This document shows, one piece after another, positions 21,557-32,740 of a DNA stretch of 64,000 nucleotides (position 1 is its first letter; the number at the start of each line of letters is the position of its first letter). The DNA is from Deltaproteobacteria bacterium (GTDB lineage Bacteria > Desulfobacterota > WTBG01 > CAIYCZ01 > CAIRTM01), in NCBI GenBank assembly GCA_024276465.1, contig JAJRXD010000013.1:47390-111389 (forward strand). Reading direction: 5' to 3'. The position numbers and the translations under genes were made by a program. The notes beneath the pieces were generated by a model, which searched no databases, was not told where the DNA came from, and was given only the letters and a program-made list of their open reading frames with translations.

Positions 21557-21575
21557 AGCCCCTTTATCAGGGGCT
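21557..21575 (-). terminator. rho-independent terminator for the minus-strand pilus operon
   Basis: The minus strand reads agcccctgataaaggggct followed by a T-run. Lies directly 3' of the 21629-22051 gene. Confidence 0.6.
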
Positions 21576-21628
21576 TGGTAAATGCAGCACAAAGCATGTC
21601 CACAATAAAAAGTAATAAAAAAACCGGA

Positions 21629-22051
21629 TTATTCAGGATATCGCACAAATGGTTTTTTCATGGTAAAACGACTGGAAGTGCGTTTAGCATATTCCTTTAC
21701 TTTTAGCCTTACAAGTTCAGGATCAATATTTTTTCTGTTTTTGCGAAACCTTATCTCAGCCACACATGGTATCTTAAGGTCTTTGAGTGAAATTTTCTTT
21801 CCGTCAATATCTATAATGCTTGAAAATGGTGTTACCATCAGGTAATTTGACGCAATTTCAAACCTGTGATTTGTTATAATTACACAGTTTGGTGCTTTTC
21901 CTGAAACCTCTGCCATGTTTTTGCCCAGAGACTCTTCCCCGAACAGCTGTGCAGATGCCCTGCTTCCGGACACGGATGCAATGAGGCCATATAATAATGC
22001 AATAGAAGCAAGTACTGATAAAACTCTTTTAAATATTTTTTCCTGTTCCAT
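21629..22051 (-). CDS. hypothetical secreted protein (PilY2-like position downstream of pilY1)
   Basis: 140 aa. N-terminal signal peptide and no recognisable domain. 4-nt gap to the pilY1 stop. Confidence 0.5.
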   Translation of the reverse strand: MEQEKIFKRVLSVLASIALLYGLIASVSGSRASAQLFGEESLGKNMAEVSGKAPNCVIITNHRFEIASNYLMVTPFSSIIDIDGKKISLKDLKIPCVAEIRFRKNRKNIDPELVRLKVKEYAKRTSSRFTMKKPFVRYPE

Positions 22052-22056
22052 GTTTA

Positions 22057-25000
22057 TTACTCCTCTCTCCAGTAAAGTGGTGCACTTGTATGGCCGCTGA
22101 CATAGACCTGAATCTGCTGGATAACTCCTGTGCTCAGCTGGCCGTAAGCAGTGGCTCCTTCCTCTTTCCCAACGTGTATTCCAAAACTTGATGACAGGCC
22201 TTCACCCAGTGCTATAACATCCAGAATAGTACTCTGCGATTTATCACCCACTATGCGTCTTTTATAGGCAGTGCCTGTCTCGTAATAAAGCGCAAACAGC
22301 CTGGCCATACCCCCATACCCGCATATGTTGCTGTTGGGTGCAAAAGTGGGTGTCAGCAGAATGCCACCCAGTATTGACGGTTTGCTTAACACACGCTCAG
22401 AGGGCCCTGAGCCAAGGCATGTTCCGTCCGATGCCAAAGCATGGGAGCACAGCGTTTTATACCACCCGTCATAAATATCCTTTCGAGCCTCTTCTACAAG
22501 TTCGACAAAATTACTTACACCGGCAATACCTTCAACAACCCCGCCTTTTTTCACAGTAACTATGTTTGCATCAAAAAGATCTCCAAGGCTTCGCTCACAT
22601 TCAAGTCCGTATTGGCCATAGCAGGTATTGTTATCTACATTGAAGAAAGGGTCCTTGATTCCAAATATATAATTCTGATCTGTTGTTGTTTTATCTGCTT
22701 CCTCTATATAACGCCCTGTCCCTGCAAAAACCCAGCAGTTATCCCTTGAGTCGATACTTAAGGTGAAGGGTGCTGTTAACGGCGCAGGGGAATCAAAGAG
22801 TTTTATCATGGGGTCCCAGTTAAGAGGGTTGTCCTGATAGTCAGTGCTGAATGGATCATATTCACTTCCAAGCTGAGGCACTGTTATTTTGTACATGCGG
22901 CCATTCCAGTCAGAGCCCTGCTTATAGCTTGCACCGACATACACGGCATCGACATTATAATTCATCCCCTTGTCAAGAGCTACAGGGCTGTTCATATAAG
23001 CATTGGCCTCGCCGGTAACATAGTCTCTCAACATCTGTCCTGTAAGCATATCAACAATGTATACATGTCCGTTATGGGTGCTCGATCCGTCATAATCATC
23101 AGGTCCGGATCCGATTGCCAAGAACCAGCTGTCCTGGACCTTTACAACACAGGGCATATTGATTGCAAAACCAAGACCAGGATATGTTTTTTCCCACAGA
23201 AATCGCGGTTCGCGGGGGTTGGTAATATCAAGCGCAAAAAAGCTTGGGGAAAATATCTGTCCCCCTGCTGTAATTTGCTTGCCCCCCATTCTCATTCCGC
23301 CTATCAGGATTGTTCCCCAGCCGTTGGGATGAGCTGTGGAGTTGTCGTTAAAGATCCTGGCATCAACAACCTTTGTCTGCAGATCCACATATGCAACATG
23401 GGTATAGTTTTCATATGGCAGCCACTTAAGATGCGGGAGCAGGTTCTGGGGAATAAAAGCCCACAGCTCATCCCCTATTGCTATGTCCCCTATACCAAGA
23501 CTGTCAGGGATTGAAGTTGTGTACCCTGCAATTTCTGAGATCTTCTTAAAACTTTGATTGTCAGAGTCATACACCCCTGAGGTGAAAGCATGCAGCATCC
23601 CGTCATTTGCGCCAACGTACACCACTGTTTCACGGTTTTTATACTGTACAAAATAGTTCTGATAGGTCAAATCGTCATAAAGAAGGCCGTAATTTTCAAC
23701 CGGTTTGGAGATTGACACCGGCGTGGAATGAACGATGTCTCCAAGTTTCCACAAACGACCATCCTCCATTGTTCTGCCTCTGAGAACCGGACCTCCTTCA
23801 TACTCTGCTGAATTATCATCAACTCCGCGGATAAAATAGATAAGGTTGCTAACCCGGGTGGTGTTGTCAGTTCCCCCAAGATAGCTCCAGGTTGCATTGT
23901 CTTCTACTCCTAAAAAATGTCCGATCTGGGATGCATTAGCTGTTTTAAATTCAATAAATTTAGAGTTTGGATCAGCTTCGGTGCCGTCTCCAACATAGGT
24001 GAAAATATGCCTGTTGGATGCTGCCATGTCTGCGAGGTTGTTTCCAGTCTCGAAAACAGGAATTACTTCATCCAGAGATATAATCTCGCTTTCGTTATCA
24101 GTGCTGGGGTATGGGTTGTCAGCACTGACACTATAGCGTTTGACCTTTGTTTCGCCGGTTTCAGGGTCAAGGAAAAAGGTTATGATATCGTCTTCAGACA
24201 GGTCAAGGCCCTTGTTTCCGTTTGTATCTTCCCGTGTATTTCCATACCTGTCAATCCAGAGAGACTGAAGATACCCCACCCATTTTATTTCATCCAGACC
24301 ACTTGTAACACTGGGTTTGAAGTAGGCCTGGACCACTGTTCCCTCACCCTCACCCTTTGTAGCAAGAACAGAAACAGCAGTTCCTGATGCTGCCCGTTTC
24401 AGGATGTCACTTATTGCTGCAAGGAGCTCCTTCTCAAGCTGATAACCGTCCTGGGCCTCAAAGTAATTATCCGGAATACCATTCCCGTCGTCATCCCATT
24501 CGGAATCAAGGTCAGGTATCTTATTATCGTTTTTGTCAATGAATCCCCCGTTTTTTGCTGCATCCTTCAGAAGGTCACGGGCGTTTTGTTCGTTTCCGAA
24601 AGCATAGACCGTATAGAGGATAAGATTCTGCTCGCCGTCAAGATCAGGATCACGAAGGTCGTTGGTTCGAGCATAAAGCGCAATATCATCAAGGTAGTCA
24701 GAGCCGTTGCTGCTGTATAATCGGGTGGTTTCACTATTGTCCCCGTCATAGTTTTTCAGGTTAGCCGGGATGTCAAGATCCTGTGTGGGCGCACCGTCTG
24801 TCAGGAACAGACAGAAGCTTTTCGCACAGGGAATTGCATCACCGTTTTTATAGTAGGGATCCGAACTGCTGCCTTTGTTTGCAACAAAATTACCGTTTGG
24901 GTACCAGTTGTTGGAAGTATACATTGAACCATGCTGCTGCATAAAATAGTTCATTGCAACATAATAGTTTTCTGCCAGGGGAGTCCACGTGTTGCACCCC

Positions 25001-26382
25001 CTGGTTTCGATATTTGACACAAGAGTGTCAATGGCAGTGCCAATGGGATTGGCAACCCCTCCGGCTGCATCTGAATAGAACCACTGGTTTCCCCATCGCG
25101 CCTTGTCTCCGACGCGCTGCAGAATTCCCGCAATATTTCCATTAAGAAAATTATCCGGCTCATCTGCCTGGTCTTTTTTAACCCTTAAATTGTATGTAAA
25201 CAAGGGGCTGGACCACGGTGAACTGTCGTCATCCACATACAGATTGCCATATCTGAGGCCAAACCAGTAGAATCCGCTGTGGGGTGTAAAGTCAGTTCCG
25301 TCCAGGTATCTGGAAAAACATCGTGTGGTCTGTGCGGGTATTTCTCCCTGCAGAACTGTTAACCCGCTTCCATCCCTGATTTCAGCCCGTCCGCCTACCA
25401 GAACCTTTCTGAGTACATCAATCCTGCGGGTGGTGCACCAGTTAAGCCAGTTGCCGTCCCAGTCTCCGTTAGTATCTCTTTCAAACAGGCCGTCAACACT
25501 GTTATAGGTATATCTGGTTTCAGGATCAAAGTATCCGTAGTAGACGGTGGTGCATGCTTCATCCCCTGGCACATCAAGCTCTATATGCAAAACAGGAGCT
25601 CTTGAGCTGCCGCCATCGCGGGCGTATGCATCACGCTTGCCGGTTGCGCCGGTACGTTCAAAGATAAAGAGCATGGAGTTGCCGTCAGCCCAGCCCGGCC
25701 TGTTTACTGTTTCCTGGACAATTGAGGTTATATCAGGGGTGCGTGTATCATTGTCGTTTTGCTGATGAGCCCAGTCAGGAAGATTGTTCCAGGCAACAGA
25801 TGCTGTGGTTCTGGGCCGGCCTGAGATGTCGCTGTTTGAATTGTTGAAATTGCCTGGATTATCATCAGCCTGTCCGTAAATCACAAGGGATGTTGGCTCT
25901 CCGGTATGATCACCCCCACGCCTTCCCGTAAACTGTATATAGGCTCTTTTAATAACTTCCCCCTGCGGTATGGGCACATTCTGGAAACGCACACCCACTA
26001 AGGTTTGGTTATAAGTCGACCCGCTGTAATAGCCGGCAAAGTCAAGGTCGCTGCTGCTCCTCCAGGAATTTTGCTGAACAACTCTTTCCTCTGCGTCATC
26101 CGTGTAGGAGGAGACAGTTATGTTAAAAATATTGCTGTCTTTGGCACATGCGTATGGCTCCGGGACCTGGTTGTAATTTCCGGGAAATGTGCCGTACGCG
26201 TTAAAGTTCATGCTGCCGGAGTTGTCAAGTATGATATGGATGTTCGGAGTAGCGGCATTTGTCTGAAAGATAGGATAGCTCGTGTAGTCATCTATTATAG
26301 GCTCAAGAGCATGAAGGGATGTGCCCCATGCACCTGCAAAGATTAAGAATGAAATTATCTGGTAAAAAGTTTTCTTTTCCAT
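22057..26382 (-). CDS. pilY1: type IV pilus tip-associated adhesin PilY1-like protein with N-terminal vWA domain
   Basis: 1441 aa. Signal peptide, vWA MIDAS motif (ILDNSGSMNF) and a C-terminal PilY1-type beta-propeller region. Downstream of pilX in a minor-pilin operon. Confidence 0.8.
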   Translation of the reverse strand: MEKKTFYQIISFLIFAGAWGTSLHALEPIIDDYTSYPIFQTNAATPNIHIILDNSGSMNFNAYGTFPGNYNQVPEPYACAKDSNIFNITVSSYTDDAEERVVQQNSWRSSSDLDFAGYYSGSTYNQTLVGVRFQNVPIPQGEVIKRAYIQFTGRRGGDHTGEPTSLVIYGQADDNPGNFNNSNSDISGRPRTTASVAWNNLPDWAHQQNDNDTRTPDITSIVQETVNRPGWADGNSMLFIFERTGATGKRDAYARDGGSSRAPVLHIELDVPGDEACTTVYYGYFDPETRYTYNSVDGLFERDTNGDWDGNWLNWCTTRRIDVLRKVLVGGRAEIRDGSGLTVLQGEIPAQTTRCFSRYLDGTDFTPHSGFYWFGLRYGNLYVDDDSSPWSSPLFTYNLRVKKDQADEPDNFLNGNIAGILQRVGDKARWGNQWFYSDAAGGVANPIGTAIDTLVSNIETRGCNTWTPLAENYYVAMNYFMQQHGSMYTSNNWYPNGNFVANKGSSSDPYYKNGDAIPCAKSFCLFLTDGAPTQDLDIPANLKNYDGDNSETTRLYSSNGSDYLDDIALYARTNDLRDPDLDGEQNLILYTVYAFGNEQNARDLLKDAAKNGGFIDKNDNKIPDLDSEWDDDGNGIPDNYFEAQDGYQLEKELLAAISDILKRAASGTAVSVLATKGEGEGTVVQAYFKPSVTSGLDEIKWVGYLQSLWIDRYGNTREDTNGNKGLDLSEDDIITFFLDPETGETKVKRYSVSADNPYPSTDNESEIISLDEVIPVFETGNNLADMAASNRHIFTYVGDGTEADPNSKFIEFKTANASQIGHFLGVEDNATWSYLGGTDNTTRVSNLIYFIRGVDDNSAEYEGGPVLRGRTMEDGRLWKLGDIVHSTPVSISKPVENYGLLYDDLTYQNYFVQYKNRETVVYVGANDGMLHAFTSGVYDSDNQSFKKISEIAGYTTSIPDSLGIGDIAIGDELWAFIPQNLLPHLKWLPYENYTHVAYVDLQTKVVDARIFNDNSTAHPNGWGTILIGGMRMGGKQITAGGQIFSPSFFALDITNPREPRFLWEKTYPGLGFAINMPCVVKVQDSWFLAIGSGPDDYDGSSTHNGHVYIVDMLTGQMLRDYVTGEANAYMNSPVALDKGMNYNVDAVYVGASYKQGSDWNGRMYKITVPQLGSEYDPFSTDYQDNPLNWDPMIKLFDSPAPLTAPFTLSIDSRDNCWVFAGTGRYIEEADKTTTDQNYIFGIKDPFFNVDNNTCYGQYGLECERSLGDLFDANIVTVKKGGVVEGIAGVSNFVELVEEARKDIYDGWYKTLCSHALASDGTCLGSGPSERVLSKPSILGGILLTPTFAPNSNICGYGGMARLFALYYETGTAYKRRIVGDKSQSTILDVIALGEGLSSSFGIHVGKEEGATAYGQLSTGVIQQIQVYVSGHTSAPLYWREE

Positions 26383-26420
26383 GGTTGAGTCTCCTGGAAA
26401 TAAAATTAGACTGCGTACAG

Positions 26421-27011
26421 TTAAAATCTTGGAATAAACTGGAATCCCAGTACCTGGTTTGTAAAAACAGCACTGCTGTCGGGCAGCCCGCCAACAGAGT
26501 CTATGTTGTAAATAACCCTGTGCGTGGCAACACCAATGCCCTGTGCCCCGGACCCGAATTCCGCACCCCCACCGGCAAGTGGCCTGACAGCCACTTTGTC
26601 AACGTCAACAATGGCGTTAAATGGTGCCAGGAGCTGAATGTCAGGCCCAACATGAACAGAATCTGTCTGGTTATCCTTGTCCCAGTCACCTGTGCTGGCA
26701 GTGACATCCTTTTTTTCAAAAAGAAAGCTGCCGTCTATTACTTTAATAATATTGTTGTCATCATAAAAATAGTTGTCTGAAACCGAGTCATAACCGCCCA
26801 TGAGTTCTATAAGCTCTGTGCCCACGGTCATTCCTGATTCTGTATTGTAGAAAGCAATTTTGTGGAATTTGTCATTTGCAGAAATGTCTATCTCGGTTGT
26901 GCTTGTCATCATGGATGCAACACCAATCATGGAAAGAAGGGCCAGCATAAATATGGACATCACCAGCACCATTCCTTCTTCATTTGCCCCGACAATTTTT
27001 CTTTGTTTCAT
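26421..27011 (-). CDS. pilX: type IV pilus minor pilin PilX-like
   Basis: 196 aa. PilX_N-type N-terminus MKQRKIVGANEEGMVLVMSIFMLALL. Confidence 0.7.
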   Translation of the reverse strand: MKQRKIVGANEEGMVLVMSIFMLALLSMIGVASMMTSTTEIDISANDKFHKIAFYNTESGMTVGTELIELMGGYDSVSDNYFYDDNNIIKVIDGSFLFEKKDVTASTGDWDKDNQTDSVHVGPDIQLLAPFNAIVDVDKVAVRPLAGGGAEFGSGAQGIGVATHRVIYNIDSVGGLPDSSAVFTNQVLGFQFIPRF

Positions 27012-27037
27012 GCGTGATTCCTTTCAATACTGTTATC

Positions 27038-27484
27038 TTAATTCCACCGTGTAGAACGAATATAAGAAAAAGTTATCCTTTTTTTCTCCTTTTGCTCTCC
27101 TGAAACCCCGCTGGGAGTGACAGTTATCCCTATTGTTGTAAGGTTTTCAAGTGGATAACCAGCAGTTGCACGATACTGTGTCTGCAGGGGTCTTGATGTA
27201 CAGGGAGCTGGTCCATCCTGCCATGTCCCGTCATTCATGTCAGGATCAGTAAAAAGGGTGTCAGGAACAAGGCCTTCCCCTGTGCGAATGGGCCGGCTCA
27301 TTAAGTCCTCTATCCACTCCTCGGCAACAGCAACTCTCTCGGTCAGCCTGTTTGCAGAATTTGTTCCTTCAACAGCCCTTGTCTGCATGGCAGCAGCGCT
27401 CATCAATCCAACACCCAGGATCATTAACGCTATAACTACTTCAAGAATTGTAAATCCTGATTCCCCGGTTTTGATTGTTGACAT
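27038..27484 (-). CDS. pilV: type IV pilus minor pilin PilV-like (prepilin-type N-terminal methylation domain)
   Basis: GFTILEVVIALMILG prepilin motif. Probable start at the internal MSTIK rather than the ORF-track start at 27532. Confidence 0.7.
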   Translation of the reverse strand: MSTIKTGESGFTILEVVIALMILGVGLMSAAAMQTRAVEGTNSANRLTERVAVAEEWIEDLMSRPIRTGEGLVPDTLFTDPDMNDGTWQDGPAPCTSRPLQTQYRATAGYPLENLTTIGITVTPSGVSGEQKEKKRITFSYIRSTRWN

Positions 27485-27541
27485 ATGCCTGTCTCCCCGT
27501 ACATGTTTTTTGTAAAGTTTTAATAGTTTCATTTATGTTTT

Positions 27542-28264
27542 TTACGGGGCAGAAACTGTCCCCATATTTCTGCAATTTATTTTTGTAACTGTCAGCCTTC
27601 TTTTAAATGAATCATTAAACGGCCCCCAGGCAGGAGGTCTGTCTGTTAAACCGGGAGTAAGGTTATTGTCATTTGAAGCCTGGGTATAAACTGTATTATT
27701 CGTATAATCCTTTACAGGGTTTGCACTTCTGACCAGCATGGAAATAAAAACAGATCTTATCCGGGACATTCGATCAGCATCAGGGGGGGCTAATGTTGCA
27801 GTTCCATTGTCCAGGACATAGCAGAACTCCAGAGCTTCAACATTGTCACACACGGGCTGAAAGCCTCCTGCGCCATTATACTGTCTTCCCAGGTTGCAGG
27901 GAAAGCCATCTGCAATCCCGTCTGTATCATTGTCATTTGTCAGTGCATACTGGACTGTTTCCTTGGGGCCGTCACCAATTGCTCCACTGGCATTTTCGTC
28001 TACCTGGAAGTCAAGCCGTGCAATATTTGCTGTTGTAATAGTTGCATCTGCCTCCCCATCCGGATCATAGCCAGCCATCTTAATATCTATGGATAGAAAA
28101 TAGAGCCCTGCCCTGAGGCTCTGCTGGAGTTCAACCACCTGCTCCTGCTTTAAATATGATTTTTGCTGAAAATAATATGTTTGATAAATGCCTGTCATTA
28201 CAATTCCGAATATTGCCATTGCAATCATTACCTCAATCAGGGTAAACCCATTCTTTTTTTCCAT
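27542..28264 (-). CDS. pilW: type IV pilus minor pilin PilW-like
   Basis: 240 aa. GFTLIEVMIAMAIFGIVMTGIYQTYYFQQ matches the PilW N-terminus. Confidence 0.7.
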   Translation of the reverse strand: MEKKNGFTLIEVMIAMAIFGIVMTGIYQTYYFQQKSYLKQEQVVELQQSLRAGLYFLSIDIKMAGYDPDGEADATITTANIARLDFQVDENASGAIGDGPKETVQYALTNDNDTDGIADGFPCNLGRQYNGAGGFQPVCDNVEALEFCYVLDNGTATLAPPDADRMSRIRSVFISMLVRSANPVKDYTNNTVYTQASNDNNLTPGLTDRPPAWGPFNDSFKRRLTVTKINCRNMGTVSAP

Positions 28265-28303
28265 TTTATTAAAGCATCCTTTCGTAAATTGGCTTTAATT
28301 GCT

Positions 28304-28831
28304 TTATTCCCAACTGCTTCCTCCCCAGTGTCTCAGCACAATACTGCCTGACAGATTCCTTATGCCCACAGCATAAGCATCCCCCTGGTTATTGGTTAAA
28401 TACACATATCCAAGCTTATTGCTGAGTCCTCTTGAATTGAAAGCAACTTTGTCACCGGTAAAACTGACAGGGTCACCAGTTCCTGTTCCGGGAACATTGT
28501 CAGTGGCATTGCCGAAACCAAATGCTACCCCGCTGCCATAGCGCTCTGAAAGGCTTCGGATGTTTCCGTTATGTTCAACAGGGAACCAGGTTCCATCAAT
28601 ACTGTATCTGTTAGTTGCTGTATCAAAAACAAGTGTAATATCCCTTTGTTCCTTAACAGCAACAGATCGAGCGTGGCGCATTTTTGAAGTCAGATCTCTG
28701 GCTGCATTCTTTACACGATACTTTGGAAGACCGGTTACAATGTTGGGAGCGCTGATTGCTCCTAAGATTACAATTATGGCAATAACTACCATCAACTCAA
28801 CAAGCGAAAACCCTTTCCTGTTTTTCAACAT
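28304..28831 (-). CDS. type IV pilin FimT/FimU-like (GspH domain) protein
   Basis: 175 aa. KGFSLVELMVVIAIIVILGAI prepilin N-terminal methylation motif. Confidence 0.7.
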   Translation of the reverse strand: MLKNRKGFSLVELMVVIAIIVILGAISAPNIVTGLPKYRVKNAARDLTSKMRHARSVAVKEQRDITLVFDTATNRYSIDGTWFPVEHNGNIRSLSERYGSGVAFGFGNATDNVPGTGTGDPVSFTGDKVAFNSRGLSNKLGYVYLTNNQGDAYAVGIRNLSGSIVLRHWGGSSWE

Positions 28832-29200
28832 TTTCTTAACTCCTTGTTGTTTTTATTTTCCTCATTAAGCACGAAGCAGACCCAAAGAACAGGGCTGTAT
28901 CCTGTGAAAACTCCAATGCATTGATTTGACTTGGATAATTTTATTGATTTAAAAAATAATCTCTTTTTAAGATCGGAAAACCACAGTATTTCTATAATTA
29001 TTTTTAACATACCTGTAAAATAATTTAATATTTTTCCCGTGATTGCCTGTTAAAGAAATGTATGGTAATATCGATAAGTAATGTCAAATTAATCAAAACA
29101 ACGTATTCAAATAAAACCCGTGTTAGGCGGTAAAAATTGCACAAGGGGTTTTGAGCCACAGCATGTTTTTACTGCAAAATCCGGGTTAAAGCTGACAACA

Positions 29201-29932
29201 ATGGAAAAAAAACATAAAGGTTTAAAAGCAGATCTTCATCTCCACACCTGTGACTGCATTAAGGAGTCAACAATTGACTATAATGCTTTCCAGCTCATTG
29301 ATGCTGCCATGGAGAAGGGTTTTGAAGTTCTGGCAATAACCAACCATGACACGATAACCTACAGTAGTTATTTGAAGGATTATGCATGGGAGAGGGGAAT
29401 TCTTCTCATCCCCGGAAGTGAACTTACAATCAAAAAGAAACATATTTTGGCATACAACATAACAGACAGGGTTCTTTGTCTTGAAAATTATAATGATTTA
29501 AAAAAAATCAAGAAAAAAAACAACCTTTTTATTGCACCCCATCCTTTTTTTCCGGCAAGTCTTTCGCTTGGGATGCATTTAATTAAATGGCAGAGTTTGT
29601 TCGATGCTGTTGAACTGTCCCATTTTTACACAAATACCATAAACTTCAACAAAAAGGCCATAACCATAGCAGAAAAGCTTCATCTTCCCATGGTTGGCTC
29701 ATCTGACAGCCATTTGTTATGCCAGTTAAATACAACTTATTCGGTTATTTATGCTGAAAAAGACACAGAGGCTGTAATTGAAGCTGTGAAGAATGGGGCT
29801 GTCAAGGTTGTTACTTCCCCACTTTCCACAGCAAAAGCCGGCTTGATTTTACACGAGATGTTTATAAGGAAAAGCATAAAAAAAGTGGGTGCAGCATGCT
29901 TTTATCTTTTTTCGCTTCTTTTTCGTATATAA
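29201..29932 (+). CDS. PHP domain metal-dependent phosphoesterase
   Basis: DLHLHTCDC ... ITNHD PHP-family His motifs. Probable start at MEKKHKG (ORF-track start is 29120). Confidence 0.7.
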   Translation: MEKKHKGLKADLHLHTCDCIKESTIDYNAFQLIDAAMEKGFEVLAITNHDTITYSSYLKDYAWERGILLIPGSELTIKKKHILAYNITDRVLCLENYNDLKKIKKKNNLFIAPHPFFPASLSLGMHLIKWQSLFDAVELSHFYTNTINFNKKAITIAEKLHLPMVGSSDSHLLCQLNTTYSVIYAEKDTEAVIEAVKNGAVKVVTSPLSTAKAGLILHEMFIRKSIKKVGAACFYLFSLLFRI

Positions 29933-30017
29933 AAAAGAATATCTTAACCCGTCAGTACAATGTAACTGCAGCTTCAAAATCTGCCGGACTAAAGGACTTT
30001 TTATAAACCAGAACAAA

Positions 30018-30052
30018 AAGACGCAGAGGGTAATGGTTACACCCTGCGTCTT
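30018..30052. terminator. hairpin between convergent PHP and etfA genes
   Basis: aagacgcagagggtaatggttacaccctgcgtctt forms an inverted repeat of about 12 bp. Confidence 0.5.
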
Positions 30053-30105
30053 AAGAGTTTGTTGTGAACAAAGAGCAGCCATTAATACCACCCCTTTAAT
30101 TGTTT

Positions 30106-31098
30106 TCAGTCTGCCATCATTTTTTTCAATTCTTCAGTAAGTGGGGGAATGATCCTGAAAAGGTCGTCAACAACACCATAATCACATTTTGAAAAAATAG
30201 GGGCCTCCTCATCCTTGTTAATGGCAACTATTACCTTGGATGTGCCCATGCCTGCATAGTGCTGGATGGCACCTGAAATCCCGCAGGCAATATAAAGATT
30301 GGGCGACACGACTTTTCCTGTCTGTCCGACCTGGTCAGAAATATCTTTCCATCCTGCGTCCACAGCAGCACGGGATGCCCCTACAGTAGCACCGATAACT
30401 TCAGCAAGTTCATCAAGCATTTTATAATTTTCCGGGCCTTTCATTCCCCTGCCACCAGATACAATTATTTCGGCTTCAGTGAGATCAACTTTGCCTGCGC
30501 TTGCTTTAACAACTTCCAGCACTTTTACCTTTATGTTGTCTGCTGAAATTTCCGGAATTATACTTTCAATTTCAGCAGTTTTTGATGTGTCTGGCTCTGA
30601 AGCAATCAGAACATTTGGCCTGATTGATGCCATTATAATATCTGTATTCTGAAAACCGACATCAGCTAACACTTTACCGGCATATATTGGTCTTCTGACA
30701 CAAAAGTTTCCACTGTCATCAAGCTTCATTTCAGTGCAGTCTGAAGCAAGCCCTGCACTTACACGTGCGGCAACCTTGGCAGAAAGGTCTTTTCCATTAA
30801 TAGTGGCGCCAAAAAGTACGATTGAGGGCTGCTCTTTTATTATAAGGTCTGTTAGGGCCTTTGCATATGCATCAGAGGTATATTGCCCAAGTGTTTCATG
30901 ATCAACAAGATAAACTTTATCAGCACCATAAGGTGCAAACTTATCCCCAAGACCGGCTATGTCTTTACCTAAACATACAGCACAAAGCTGCTCACCCTTT
31001 TTATCTGCAATTTTTTTTGCTTCACTCAATATCTCAAAGGTAACCTTCCTGACTTTACCTTCTTCCTGCTCTGCAAATACCAAAATTCCTTTTCCCAT
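30106..31098 (-). CDS. etfA: electron transfer flavoprotein alpha subunit
   Basis: 330 aa. FAD-binding C-terminal region and EtfA family similarity. Confidence 0.9.
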   Translation of the reverse strand: MGKGILVFAEQEEGKVRKVTFEILSEAKKIADKKGEQLCAVCLGKDIAGLGDKFAPYGADKVYLVDHETLGQYTSDAYAKALTDLIIKEQPSIVLFGATINGKDLSAKVAARVSAGLASDCTEMKLDDSGNFCVRRPIYAGKVLADVGFQNTDIIMASIRPNVLIASEPDTSKTAEIESIIPEISADNIKVKVLEVVKASAGKVDLTEAEIIVSGGRGMKGPENYKMLDELAEVIGATVGASRAAVDAGWKDISDQVGQTGKVVSPNLYIACGISGAIQHYAGMGTSKVIVAINKDEEAPIFSKCDYGVVDDLFRIIPPLTEELKKMMAD

Positions 31099-31236
31099 CT
31101 TTCATGTCTCCTTTTTGTGCATTAACAACAATTTTGAAAGCCCCGAAATAGTACAGAAACAATCAACCCGCCATGTTTCCCACAGCAGGGCGATGCACTT
31201 GTTTGGGTGTGAACAATAAAAATCCCTGCATTCAGA

Positions 31237-32034
31237 TCAGATCGCTTTAGCTTCTTCCCTCAGCGCTTTAGCGAGGTTTTTAGCCTTTTCTTCAGGGGAC
31301 TCACCTCCAATAATTTTAGCTGCAGTTCTTGCAGGCGGAGATGAATAATTAAGAGATATGGTTTTTGAGCCTGTGGCTCCAACCTCATTGGCATCCAGTC
31401 CTATGTCTGCAACTTTAACAGGTTTCAACTCTTTTTTCTTTGCCTTCATTATCCCGGGAAGTGATGCATATCTTGGCTCATTAAGACCCTTCTGAGCGGT
31501 AATTACACAGGGAACAGGCATCTCTATGATTTCCTCGCCACCCACAATCTGTCTGTTTACTGTAATGCTTTTTTTGTCGTCTGCCACTTCAACTTTGGTA
31601 ACAAGTGCTGCATGAGGCAGGTTTAAGTACTCAGCCAGTGCGACCCCAACCTGTGCCTGGTCATCATCGATTGCCTGACGCCCACAAAAAATAATGTCAT
31701 ACTCCATTGATTTTATCTGTGCGGCAAGAGACTTTGCAGTAGACAGAGCATCACTGCCTTCGAATGCAGAATCATCAAGGTGAACGGCTTTGTCCGCACC
31801 CATTGCCAGACCGGTCCTGATGGATTCGACACATCTTTGAGGGCCAAGGCACACAAGTGTGACCGAGCCTGATCCCGACTTCTCCTTTTGCAACAATGCT
31901 TCTTCAATTCCGAACTCATCATAGGGGTTTATAATAAACTTAACATTATCCAGGACTACTTCTGAGCCATCGGATTTTACCCTTATGAGCGCTTCTGTAT
32001 CAGGAACCTGCTTTAAACATACAATGCTATTCAC
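31237..32034 (-). CDS. etfB: electron transfer flavoprotein beta subunit
   Basis: 265 aa. MNSIVCLKQVPDTE EtfB N-terminus. Confidence 0.9.
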   Translation of the reverse strand: MNSIVCLKQVPDTEALIRVKSDGSEVVLDNVKFIINPYDEFGIEEALLQKEKSGSGSVTLVCLGPQRCVESIRTGLAMGADKAVHLDDSAFEGSDALSTAKSLAAQIKSMEYDIIFCGRQAIDDDQAQVGVALAEYLNLPHAALVTKVEVADDKKSITVNRQIVGGEEIIEMPVPCVITAQKGLNEPRYASLPGIMKAKKKELKPVKVADIGLDANEVGATGSKTISLNYSSPPARTAAKIIGGESPEEKAKNLAKALREEAKAI

Positions 32035-32740
32035 GTTTTCCTCCCTGCTTTTTTTGTTTGTTGTTATAATCGGTCCTTTTAAATCAAACTTGATGGCTTC
32101 GCAGAAAGTTCAAGTCCCTGGCTGGCCTGGATCTGTGATTGGTGTTGTGCAGCATCCCTGGTCATTGCAACGTACAGCTTAGCCCACTTTATCCCTGAGG
32201 ATTTTTGTGCCTTGAATTTGAAGCTTTTTGTTCGGCCATTGAATTTTGACTTTTTACTGTTTTGTCAAGATGAAACTATTATAAAAAAACAGATTTGTAC
32301 TGCAAAAACCTGTTTTTAAAAAAATATTTTGATACCATATGAAGGAGTAAAGTTCAAGTAATATTTTCATTTAACACCTTGTATACATGCAGTATTTTTT
32401 TTAGAGGGGGGCCGACAGCCGATCTTAATAACAAAGGGTATCTATGAAGGGATATTTGAGGGTGTTACTAAGTTTTTAAAATTATATTAAGATCGACTGC
32501 CGTATATGAAAAAGCTAAAATTTAATCACTGTCATTTGCTGAAATATATATGCAGTATCTGTGCCATCTAAGCAAAAAAACACGACAAGACCTTAATCAT
32601 TTGAAATAACATTATTTTTTTGTATAATCCCATGAACTGCTCTCCTTTCCTTTTATCATTGAAAACAATAGAATTTGTCATTTTGGCAATTTAACGCTTT
32701 TACCAGGTACTGAAAGGACAATTTGTCAAAAAATATCATT

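Noticed and set aside
32035-32740. Sigma-54 (-24/-12 GG-N10-GC) promoter upstream of etfB, and tRNA/ncRNA in the AT-rich 700-bp gap
   Set aside because: Inspection by eye found no convincing TGGCAC-N5-TTGC match on the correct strand and no cloverleaf-compatible tRNA.
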